A stretch of DNA of 64,000 nucleotides. Source: Euprymna scolopes (Eukaryota). A program made the position numbers and the translations under genes. Of the stretch, positions 52,457 through 63,407 are shown piece by piece. How positions within the stretch are numbered: the first letter of the stretch is position 1; each line of letters starts with the position of its first letter. The stretch is taken from the NCBI GenBank assembly GCA_053919585.1, contig CM132807.1. One strand, written 5' to 3'. The notes under the pieces are model-generated. The model had not been told where the DNA came from and did no database searches. It saw only the letters and a list, made by a program, of their open reading frames with translations.

Positions 52457-52545
52457 TTAGATCCTCGATTGTGGCGCACGAGTCATTTTTTAAAACTTTT
52501 TAAATCATTAATATATATTAAATCCAATGTAATGTATAATATAAA
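52457..52545 (+). repeat. ~90-bp direct repeat, copy 2
   Basis: See copy 1 at 50318. Confidence 0.9.
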
Positions 52546-52864
52546 CCGCACCTGTCTGTTTCTAATTGTTTTATATCCAACCTATTATAAACAATATTTT
52601 TAACTGGCATCGTCCATTCCTTTAACTAATGTATTAAATTATCCTGACTTTATCCTAAGAGAAATAACAATAGCTTTTTTCCCAACATAAATAATATTTT
52701 GCTATTTCTAAAAGAATTTACAATGGACTGCATTCCTAGGATTTCAATTATACACTTGCCTACCAGGTTCGATTCTATCCTTTTCCCAATATCACTTTCA
52801 CATATCTAATCTACATTCGTACTCACATGAGAAAGGGGCATCTCTCATGTAACAAAAAGTCTTG

Positions 52865-54300
52865 TCAAATTGTGTCTGTCATGGTCCAGCTGACCAGAGG
52901 TTGAATATCAAAAAAAAGTAGAAACCGAGCAAATACACAGACCTAGCCAGCGAGCTGAATGGGATGTGGATGATGGAGAAAATATAGATAATACCTATAA
53001 TAGTATGAGCATTAGTAGCTATTCAGAAAAGCTATGAAAAAAAAGAATGGCAGAAATTAGAGCCAGAGGAATGGCTAGAAAAATACAACGAATTACAATA
53101 ATAAAAACAGCTCAAATATTAAGGAAAACTCTTGAATTAAGAGACTAATACACGTGCGCCATATGAGCGAGCCGGAAAAAACTGCCACATAGACAAAACA
53201 CGAGGTAACATTACATGGGACCAAGACATTTAAAGCTGCATACGTATACGTTCGTTTTCCCCTACCATCCCCTCTCCTTGTCCCCTGTCATAGGAGAACA
53301 TATTTTCTCCTATGATTGGATTAAGAAATATATAAATATTTCTTATAATATAAATATGTTTATTGATATATTAATTAAAACACAAAGACGTTTCTAGAAT
53401 GTCGTTATTCATAAAAATAAATAATAATCGGCGTCTATAAATATAAAAAGGCGTAGAACGCCTTTTTGTTCTTTTTTGGAGTCTCTAGAAGGTTCCAGGA
53501 AATTCTTAAAAAACTCATATAAAAGAAACGCTATTGGTGGGTAAAGTCAGTTCGTGACATATTTTTGGGGTGTACACATAGGCAACCAACGTCCGAATTC
53601 CGGCTTCCTCATAAAGGCCGTAAAAACAAAAATCTCACTGAAGGAAGAACTGCTGTTTGGATTCTGGTAAAGTTTTTATTTATTCTTTGAGTTTGTTGAC
53701 CGAAAAGCACATACGTATAGAGCAAACCATTTCAAAACACAATACATAAAGAAATACTTTCTTTATGATCTAAGGGAGACAATTTTATTAGCGAGTTGTC
53801 GCCCTTCAAAAAACATAATCTTTTTTTCTTTTTTTTCGTGTTAATTTATTTTTTAATAAATTTCTTTTTCATTAAATCTTTTTCTTTTGTTTTAATTTTA
53901 TTACATGTGGGTGCTGGTAAATCCGTAGAACATACGAGCTATCATCAGCACACATATGTAATGCCCCCCCATATTAAAAGAGTGATACCAAATAGTCGAG
54001 ATGGGTTAAGGTGGGTGGAAAGACCGAGAAGAGAGCAGTGACTTGACTTCTGATGGGCAAGAGCGAAGAGAACTGTGACCTTGAGGAGGCGTATTGCCAC
54101 TACAATTCCACTAGAAACCAATGGTCGCTACCAGCGGAACATTAAATGTTGTTGCAATTAGGTAAAACAATTTGAAAGTTTTACCGAAAGAGACGTAGAG
54201 TATTGGAAACATTGATAGACCTGTTGTAACTCAGGTGCCAGGGAACACCATACGTTATTTTCAAGTAGAGATCTCTGATAACTTGTGTGAAAGCTTATTG
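52865..54300 (+). mobile_element. RLE-type (R4/Dong-like) LINE 3' end, interrupted by an LTR-like insertion
   Basis: 52865-53140 encodes degenerate PADQRL, SKYTDLASEL and IIPIIV*AL (RLE C-terminus). The 3' UTR unit is split into 53150-53285 and ~53960-54300 and is followed by (AAT)n. Confidence 0.75.
53286..53905 (+). mobile_element. LTR-like insertion (~620 bp)
   Basis: TGTCATAGG...TTATTACA termini and an internal TATAAAAG (~53518). It splits the LINE 3' UTR unit. No clear TSD. Confidence 0.55.
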
Positions 54301-54306
54301 TCATCC

Positions 54307-54346
54307 AATAATAATAATAATAATAATATTAATAATAATAATAATA

Positions 54347-54386
<40 letters not shown>
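54307..54386. repeat. (AAT)n immediately followed by (ATT)n
   Basis: Direct observation; self-complementary. Confidence 0.96.
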
Positions 54387-54388
<2 letters not shown>

Positions 54389-54439
54389 TTCATTAAAATA
54401 ATATTAAAGAAAACGCCTTGAATGTTGAAACTAACACAC

Positions 54440-54902
54440 AGGAGCAACAAGTGCAGGCCCGACAAAATACTGCGAAGCGAAAACATAAAACACTACATGG
54501 AACACTGAACCCGCATATCTATTAGTTCTTTAACCCAACCCTACCTCCATTGCCACATCACCGCCCCCTCCAAAAAGAGCGAGGCCAAATAACCAAATAG
54601 TTAAGGAGAAAGGAAAGACCGATGAACTGACCAGATCTCAGCCAAATAAGTGCGGAGTGAACAAGCACCTTGAGGAGATTTAGTGCCACTCAAATCTTAG
54701 CAAAGCCAAATAGATGCTGCTAACTAGGAAGCAATGGCAAGCAGCTGTTACGATAATGCAGATCTATTTATACATATTATCGAAATCGGTAGAGAGGACT
54801 GAAAATCTGGAAAGACTTGTTGTCACTCAGCTTTCCGTGAACACAATACGCGGTTTTCAGGTAAAGATCTCTGAAAACCGACGTGGAATCTCCTTGTGGT
54901 GC

Positions 54903-54962
<60 letters not shown>

Positions 54963-54970
54963 TATAATAA
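54440..54970 (+). mobile_element. R4/Dong-like LINE 3' UTR-only copy with (AAT)n tail
   Basis: Colinear with 53150-54300, 56265-56690 and 56705-57148. (AAT)n at 54903-54970. Confidence 0.7.
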
Positions 54971-56690
54971 AACCGAATTTGGCATGAAAAATGCGCAGTA
55001 CTAGTTATAAAAAAGGAAACCTAGAGACAACAGAAAGCATGGAACTACCCAAGCAAACGTAGATGAAGGTACCAGGGGAAAAAGACGCCTATAAATACCT
55101 AAGAGTTCTGGAAGCAGACGCCATCAAAGCCACAGAAATGAAAGAGAAGGTTGGAAAGGAATACCCCGGGAAAAATGAAAACTGCTGGGAACTAAATTAT
55201 ATAGCAGAAATCATATAAACGGTATAAATACATGGGTAGTGTCACTAGTAAGATACTCTGGACCATTCATAGTGTCGACTTAAGAAGAACTGAGACCAGG
55301 AAACTCTTGACCATGCATAACGCACTACACCGAATGGCGATGTTGACCTAATATACGTGAAAAAGAAAGACGGCAGGATTGGACTGGTTTGCATAGAAAA
55401 CTGTGTAAATGACAACAAAAAATAACTAGAAGAACACATAATCCAAAACACTGAAAGTATAATAATGGCAGGGATAGATAGGGAAAAACAAAACAGACAC
55501 CAGAGATACAAAATAATACAAGAAAAGAATAATAGGAAGAGAACCAAATACACGGAATATTCGCAAGGCTAACAAAAGACGAGTATAACGAAACCACCTG
55601 GACATGAATGCGAAAAGGATACGTAAACCAAGAAACTAAATCGCTAATAACGGCAACACTAGATAACTCGATGAGAACGAACCATATCAAAGCAAAGATC
55701 GACAAAACACAAGAAAACAACAAATGCAGACTCTGTGGACAAAGAGACGAAACTATAAACAATATAGCTAGTGAATGTAACAAACTAGCTCAAAAGTAAT
55801 GCAAGAACACGTCCCACCAAATAGGAAGCGTAGTACACTGGGAATTGTGCAAAAAGATGCACCTCGAGCGCATGGGCAAATGGTATAACTATAAGCCAGC
55901 AACAGTAAGTAAAAAGGAGAATCACAAAATCCTATGGAGCATTGACATACAGACGGATAATTCCATCTAAGCAAGAAGACCGTATGTTGTAATAATTAAC
56001 TAGAAAGACAAGCACTGCCAAATCGTAGACTTTGCTGTTCCGGCTGACCACGGTATAAATACCAAAGAAAAGGAGAAACGGAGTAAATTCACCATGGGCA
56101 GAGAGCTGAAAAGGGATATGGATGATAAAATAAAAATCAAGATAGTAGCTATAATAGTAGGAGCACTAGAAACAATTCCGGAGAATTTTGAAAAATAAAT
56201 GGAAGACATTTGAGTAAAAGGAATAGCTGGAACGATACAACGAATAACAGCAAGGAAAACAGCTGAAAGAGACAAAACATGTAGAAGCGTTACATGGAAC
56301 CAAGAACATGTAAGGTGCATATCCATAAGTTCTTTTTCTTGCCCCCCTCTGTTTACCCCCATCACCACCCCCTCCCCCTAAAAAAAGAATGAAACAACAG
56401 AGCCGAGAAGAGTCAAGGTGGATAGAAAGACCGAAAACAGAGCACTGTCCAAAATTCCGCCGGGCACATCTCAAGAGACCTGAACATTGTGGAGGCTAAT
56501 TGCCGCTCACATTCCAGCGGAGACCAATGGGTGCGTCCAGCGAGAAATCAATGGTAAGTAGTTGTTGCGATATAGGAAAATTATTTGCAAATGATATCAA
56601 GAGTTGGAGAGTACTGGAAAACTGGGAAGGTTTGTTACCACCCAGCTTCCATGAGAGGTCCTTTATTCCCTGTGTGAAAGCTCCTTGTCA
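54971..56690 (+). mobile_element. 5'-truncated RLE-type (R4/Dong-like) LINE: RT end, zinc knuckle, restriction-like endonuclease, 3' UTR
   Basis: EFGM/KCAVLVIKK, YKYLRVLE, CRLCGQRDETINNIASECNKLAQK (CCHC-type knuckle with H lost), ARRPYVVIIN, CQIVDFAVPADHG..KEKEK and IIVGALETIP. Multiple stops. Confidence 0.9.
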
Positions 56691-56704
56691 ACCGGTAATA
56701 ATAA

Positions 56705-57148
56705 GCGCCGGCCAGATTAACTGCTCTAGAGACAAAACATGAAACGCTAATAGACATAACACATTGAAGTTGCATAGCTATAAGTGCTCTTACCCCACTC
56801 TCATGCCCTTACTTCTACATCACCCTCGCCAAAACAACACTGAGAGGAAATACCCAAGTAGAGTCAACAAAGAAGCGAAGACCGAGAAATAAGCACTGGC
56901 CAGACCTCCGCTGTATAAGGGCAAACATAACTTTACCTTGGGGGGGTGCTTTGCCACTCAAATCCTAATGAAGACCAATCACCACTTCCAACTGGAAATC
57001 ACTGGAAAGCAGATGTTGCGATAATGCAAATTTATTTGCAAATGCTATTGAAAGAAATGAAGAGTACTGGAAATGTGGGGAGATGTGTTGTCATTCGGTG
57101 TCGAGGGAACACCGCAGGGTGTTTTCAATGAAATCTTTGATGAGCTTT
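56705..57148 (+). mobile_element. R4/Dong-like LINE 3' UTR-only copy (runs into gap)
   Basis: Shared blocks gagacaaaacat, aagaccga, tgccactcaaat, tgttgcgata and gagtactggaaa. Confidence 0.7.
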
Positions 57149-57325
57149 NNNNNNNNNNNNNNNNNNNNNNNNNNNNNNNNNNNNNNNNNNNNNNNNNNNN
57201 NNNNNNNNNNNNNNNNNNNNNNNNNNNNNNNNNNNNNNNNNNNNNNNNNNNNNNNNNNNNNNNNNNNNNNNNNNNNNNNNNNNNNNNNNNNNNNNNNNNN
57301 NNNNNNNNNNNNNNNNNNNNNNNNN
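57149..57325. other. Assembly gap (177 N)
   Basis: Run of N. Confidence 0.99.
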
Positions 57326-58120
57326 GATTAACATTTTGAGGACGTGTACAATTTTTTATGCTAACGCCCCGTTGCTCATTTTGGGCGCAGTTTGGATAGA
57401 CTATTACTTTTTATACATATTCCTCTTTATAACTAAAACGTTGATAACCGATCAAGCTTGAAAGACAAAACTTGAAAAATGAAAAAAACAACTGCAATGG
57501 TATGTAGGTATTATCGATCGTTTTGGGTTTTTTTTGCTCTTCCACTTTCGAATTTTTCTTACTGTTTTTTTGTTAGTTTGTTTTTTTCTCTTGTATTATA
57601 TTTGCGCATAGACACCCCAATGGGAAAATAGGAAAAAAACAAAACAAAAAAAAAACAAGCAGTTAGCAAATAACTTTGGAAATCTAATTAATTACTTGCG
57701 GGTTTTGCTAGTGAATTCAAAAAAATAATTTTGACAGCAAACGTGTCATGAGGAGTAGAGACGAGGACACGAATACAAGTTGTTTAAGTTATGTTGAAGT
57801 GTGTTTTTTTTTTAGCGTCGTCTGCGCAACAAACGTGCTGATCATTCATGTTGGATATAAGTAGTGCTACAGGTACTTTAGTTTACATTCAAAACTATCT
57901 TTTATCTTAAAAATCTTCTGATATCAATAACCAGTTGTATAACAATATAGTTCGAATAAATTTATGTGGTGTTGACGTATCAAATAACTTATATACTTTT
58001 GGAAATAAATTTGTAATTAAACATTTGACTTGAACATATTTATCTATATAATTATAAAACTTGAATGACCTGATAACGGGTGTTGTAACGACTTCCGGTT
58101 GCGCATGTGTACATAAACAA

Positions 58121-58590
58121 ATAATCAACGCGACAATAAAACGTATTGTTATACTGTGCACGTTTCCAAAATCCTAATTGTTTTTTTCGCCTTTAAATTA
58201 TCCAAATAAATAATTGTTAATACGTTCTGCATTTTTTACATCGTTTATTCCCGTATTATGTTTAAATTATTTTAACGCAATTTTCTTACAAATAAATCTA
58301 CGTTAACACGTTGACAACCATACGAACATTTTACAACGGCGATTCACCCAACACCTTAATTTTTATTTGATTTATTTTCCATTTTTAATACAACTTTCTT
58401 CAAAAACATTCATACATTTTCATCTACAATACCAACATAAATAAATACATTTTCGTCTACACTACCAACATAAATAAATCACCAAGTCTTTTTAATTTGC
58501 GTTACAAGTAAATAATCAACGCGACAGGAAAACGGATTGTTTCACTGTGTACGTTTTCAGCTTCCCAATTGTATATTTGGCGTTAAATTT
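58121..58590 (+). repeat. ~80-bp direct repeat (58121-58200 and 58511-58590) with an internal ~33-bp tandem duplication (58415-58479)
   Basis: ataatcaacgcgaca...ttgtt..actgtg.acgttt occurs twice; ctaca.taccaacataaataaat occurs twice. Confidence 0.8.
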
Positions 58591-58859
58591 AAAATATATA
58601 TTCAAATTTGAATTTAACTTTAAGTAATATGGTATCTGTTTAGTGCATATTTACCTATAAGTATGGCAACCCACTTATAATTCAATGGATGTAAGTTTTT
58701 CTTTCAAAAGTAAACAATTATAAATAGAACGGCTCATAGAAATCTTTCTATATTTTTTTTCATTTTAATATACTTCATAGAAACGTTTCTGTTATGTCAC
58801 AAAAATATTTTCTTTACGTAACAAGCTCATACATTAATTCCATAGCTAATATAACATAC

Positions 58860-58888
58860 TGACCCAACCGGTCACGGTTAGCCTAGTA
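58860..58888 (+). mobile_element. Helitron-type 3' terminus
   Basis: aaccg-gtca-cggtt hairpin followed by agcCTAG|T. Confidence 0.6.
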
Positions 58889-59321
58889 TTTTAATAAACT
58901 TAACTGTATAGAATATTCAAACCGCAGCTTTAAATAATGTGTATATCCGATTTTTTTCGCATTATTACAATCGTAAATTTCATGGAGAATAATAAACGGT
59001 TGTCTTATTCTTAACACAGCATATGCTGAGTGACTTTCTTAGTTTTTATTTATTTGTAAGCATTTATGCGAGGTGTGGTAATGTTATTTGTCAATACTTT
59101 GTTACTTGGATTCTTATAGATTTAATAGCAAATGCAAGAATATTAATATTTAAATCCCTCTTCATTTAAGACCTAAAGGTAAATAAAATAGCCCTTGCTA
59201 AATTAAGGCACTTATCGTTAATGAAACATTATTGTTTAACTCTTAAGACTCAGGTTCCTCGTAATAGACAACGACGCACCGGTTTCCATGCCGTTGTGGT
59301 AGCGAAATAAGTATCCACCAA

Positions 59322-59376
59322 GCATTTTTCTCACACAGGATTCACCACTTATGAAAGCCCGCAGGATAAGGGTTAA
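59322..59376 (-). mobile_element. piggyBac-like terminus (AGGATAAGGG|TTAA)
   Basis: Reverse complement ttaacccttatcctgcgggctttcataagtggtgaatcctgtgt matches the 49481 terminus. Confidence 0.6.
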
Positions 59377-59399
59377 CGGTTATACATTAGTAAATGTGA

Positions 59400-60150
59400 T
59401 TATAGCGTAGTAAACATAAGTAATGGGAATGTTGAAATTTGATTATTTAGAAAGACGGTTCATCAAGAACTTGTTTACGTTGGATTTGAAGACAACTAGA
59501 CTTTATTCAGCTGGAAAGCAGGCAATCGAAAGAAAGTTCCACAGACAGAAAGAAGCTGTGTTCGTGCAATGCACATTTAGGTCTTGGCACAAACAAGGAA
59601 TGTGGGAAATTATTGATAGTGGTTTCGGGTAGACAAGTGTTTTTCGCGAAAGTTTGGCGAAGGGGGACCATAGATTGAAACTCATATGAGCACTTGCCGT
59701 GAACATAACGATAACGCAGGTACAGGCTCACAACGTCTCTTCTGTGGGAAAGAGGTTGCAGGGAAGAGAAACGGGCATCCCCCACTAAGCTACGAAGTCT
59801 ATTTTGAACTATGTAAGGACAAGATTAGCTCCATCTAGCAGTTCATGAAAAGGTGTGACAATTGTACTTCATCCTTGGCCGAACCTGGCTTTTATATAAG
59901 TAAAGAAGTGCATCAGAAGTGAGTAATCTACTGGAACAGTAGAAGGATCCCACCATTTTTTCAGCGACCTTGTCAATGGGTTTGATATACGTGTTCCATT
60001 TCAAGTTAGGAGTAAAGTTCAAGCCCAGAAGCTTGTAAAACATGTACCCCCCACAAGACGAGATACCACATTGGCATCAGAGCGTAGATGATGTAGAGAT
60101 AGAAGCTTGGTTGTAGATACATTAAAACTAACTAGCCACCTATTGAAACG
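59400..60150 (-). mobile_element. 3' fragment of AP-endonuclease-type LINE (same subfamily as 50745-52290)
   Basis: WLVSFNVSTTKL, KLLGLNFTPNLKWNTYI, LLYLYKSQVRPRMKY and LQPLSHRRDVVSL. Confidence 0.92.
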
Positions 60151-62514
60151 TGAGGTATGTATAACTACATATTTGTTGGGAGACGGTCCGCTCGTTTCTA
60201 AAAAACTTCGAATAAAGAATCCGTTTTCCCGATAATGCCACATCACTTAGCCATAAGAGATGTAAGTGCCATGGAAATTAGTAACGGTTATTATGAATGT
60301 TCGGTATATGAACGACGTACATTAACGGAACATGTAACCAATATGCTAACACTCAGTGCTCGCGTTGGATAGAAGAATTGCCGAAGATAAGTAATACAGG
60401 ACAAGCCCAGTATAGCACCGCAGTACAGGAAGGTGACAAAATTTAACAGTGCAGTAATTGCTTTATATTATCTTGATATCTGATTAGGTCGGAAGCACCG
60501 AAATTACAGCTGGAGGTTTTTTTCTGTAATTGTCCGCAATAATCCGTTACAAAGCGCTTTGAAGTTTAAAGACAAAAGAGAATGTATGATTAATGTAAAA
60601 TAGATGAATTAGTAAGTAAGAAACAAATCTATCGTAATGTAAAGTAAGATGCTATGCTAATTAGTTTGGCCAAAGCATTCGAGCAAGAATGTAACCAAAA
60701 GAAAACTGAGTTGGCATTTTGGATAATACGTATATTAAACGAGCATGAGAAGAGAAATTTTAATGTCCTGCCTGAATAATTTGTTAAAAAAATTTAAGGT
60801 TTTGTCGGAAAATAAAAAACGAGCGTATAAGAAAAATAAACACACAACTGAAAAAAGAAAAAAAAATTAAATGCAATTAAGAGTAAACCATATATGTTAT
60901 AAAAACTGCGAAGATAAACAATACACTAAGACTAATCTTTTAAAGTTTAGGGGAGGTACCCACTCAAGAATCCGGTATGCTAAAGACTTTAACGCAACTC
61001 GATTTTCTCTTGACTCCGTTTATATTGTTCTGTATCATATTGTTAACATTAAAACCCTTTATCCTGGCCAGGAGAGCTTAAACATGTACACTTTCATTAT
61101 GCACTTCATGAAAACAGAATAATAAATAGTGTTTTTTTTTATATTTAGAAAAGAAAAAAATACATAAGAATCCCATTTTTTACAACAAACCATTTTAAAG
61201 AAAATATTTAAAAAATAGTTCTGACGGTGAAAACCAGAAAAAAGGTAAAACTAAAACGTCGCACGAACTATACACTAGAGCATCAGCTATTTTTTTGTGG
61301 GGGCTTTATTTGTTTTAACTCTTGAATTTAATCCTCGTTTTATTTTAATATAAAACATGTTTACTAAATTCCTGTAAATATTTCTTTGCTCAAGCTAAAG
61401 TCACAGCAAAAAAGAAGGTGAAATGCGTAGAGAGATTTGGAATTAGATTTATGTATGTCAATACGAGAGGAACTTTTAAGACATTATGCAATCCGAACTA
61501 GGATGCTCTGCTAACATAGCAGTTTGTTCTGTTGGTTGTGAAAACAGGTCATCCACTTAAGATAAAGCATGCATGTGCCTATATTGTCGCTGGCATAGGC
61601 AATCCCGTGTTAATCGTTTTGTTATAAAACGACAATGTCTTGTATTTCACCTGAAAGAGCAAACCCCAGTCAAATTTCATTCCTTTATTTATTTGCAACT
61701 TCCTCTGCATGTAGCTTATTTGATCAGAGTGAAACTGTAATGGCCACGTCACAACTTGACTTTGTTTAACTGTGATAAAAGCAATTCGTGTTTTTTTTAT
61801 GAGAAAATTGACACAAATGTTTAATATATATTCCTTACATAAGATATGCCGGACTAATTAATATTTTTAGGATCTTGTTTGATATCATGAATGTTTGACA
61901 GTCATTGAATTGATTATCCGAATTTGAGTTTTGTTCTCTTTTTAACGTGCTTACGGATCTTTTATTTAATTTCGGCATCATTTCCGGAATCCTTACACCA
62001 ATATTTAATCTTGTAAGGTATGCACCCTAAGTTCTTAAATGTTAACGTTGTTGCAGTATTTATTTATGACTGATGCAAAGCTTTAGTAGTTTTCATTGCT
62101 TTTTTGTATTAAGTTTTAACATACCTAACTTTGATGTTAGAGGAAGGATTTAGGGTTAAGTAGTTCTGTTAGTAGTTTAGCAAATTCAACAAAAGTATTT
62201 CTGTATACAATAGAATGTACGACGATTTTATCTTCGATGATCCGTAATTGTCCGAGTAATAGGTCAGATTTTGTAAAGGTTTCGATACTTACCATTTTAT
62301 TTGTATCTTTTGAAATATGTTAGTATAGTGTTATCCTCGTCTGGAAAAAATGAAACTGTCAGTTCAATTCGATACATTATTTTGTAGAAAATATTGGTAG
62401 TTGACTTAAATTTATTACTGTTTTAATAATAACTGTTTAAATAGATCAGGCTATGTTATCTTCGTTTGCTTTTATTTTAATAGTGTATGTATCTTTTCAC
62501 TATTTCTTTGTTGT

Positions 62515-63000
62515 GATACTTCGAGACAAGGTTTAAAAGAGAGTCGCCAACCTGTTAGGTCCTGAACTGTCATCCAAGATTCAGCCTCTGCCCCATCGAC
62601 GAAATGTTGCATCCACTAATAAAATACTTGTAGAACAGGAAGAAGGATTCCTTTTAAGGGTGAATGATCCGATGAACTGTAAGCACTTGTGCCCCCTCGA
62701 CGTAAATATCCTCGACAAACCCGACAAGCAGCAACCCCCCCACCTTCACGGTAGAGATCCCTAGATGTAAGAGAGCCTTCTACTCCAGAAGTTTCTTCCC
62801 CATAACACCTAGACTTTGAAATTCCCTTCTGGGTCTCTGCTTCGTCAACTGTACTGACAAGCAGAAGCTCAAGTGTAACGGGAACCGACATCTTGCTGCC
62901 CAACTCCCTACATAGTACCCCTGTAACTTATCTCCCTGATAGTAGGCCCATACATCAACATGGCATTGTTTGGGATGAAAGTATTATTAAAAGAAAAGAA
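62515..63000 (+). mobile_element. 3' fragment of AP-endonuclease-type LINE with A-rich tail (same subfamily as 11041 and 26355 copies)
   Basis: IQPLPHRRNVAS, RQTRQAA, FTVEIPRCKRAFYSRSFFP and QKLKCNGNRHL. A-rich end near 62990. Confidence 0.9.
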
Positions 63001-63059
63001 AATTTTAAAAATAGTTAATTAAGAACTCGTCGAGTTTATTAGTAATCACACGTCGCTAA

Positions 63060-63407
63060 TGTTGTAGGAGAGACTATTAAAACCAACACAAAGTCAAGTA
63101 TCTGCAGAATGTCTTCTTGGTTCCTCCTCTTCTCTTTCTTCTCTCCCAGCAATCGAACACAGCATATAATAACAAAACTCTAAAGCACGTCTGACAGCAC
63201 TGACTTCTGCTAACAGTCTGCCCCTCCTCTTAACAACACAGGCTTTTTATATCGCAAAATCGTTCACCTCTATTTGCATATTCTTCTAACTCACGTGATC
63301 ACTACTCTATAAATAAGAGTCTTGACCATTTCTTTTCTTTCTTTTTATTTATTTTTGGTGACCGACCCGCACGTGGTCTATCCAGGTAAGTCACGCATTT
63401 CTCCACA
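63060..63407 (-). mobile_element. 3' LTR of Gypsy element (~348 bp)
   Basis: Minus strand begins TGTGGAG directly after PPT AGGGGGGAG (63408-63416), has TATAAAAAG (~63243-63251) and ends CTACAACA. Confidence 0.82.

Noticed and set aside
55245-56474. Several hydrophobic minus-strand ORFs of 100-150 aa
   Set aside because: They are the antisense of the R4/Dong-like coding remnant.
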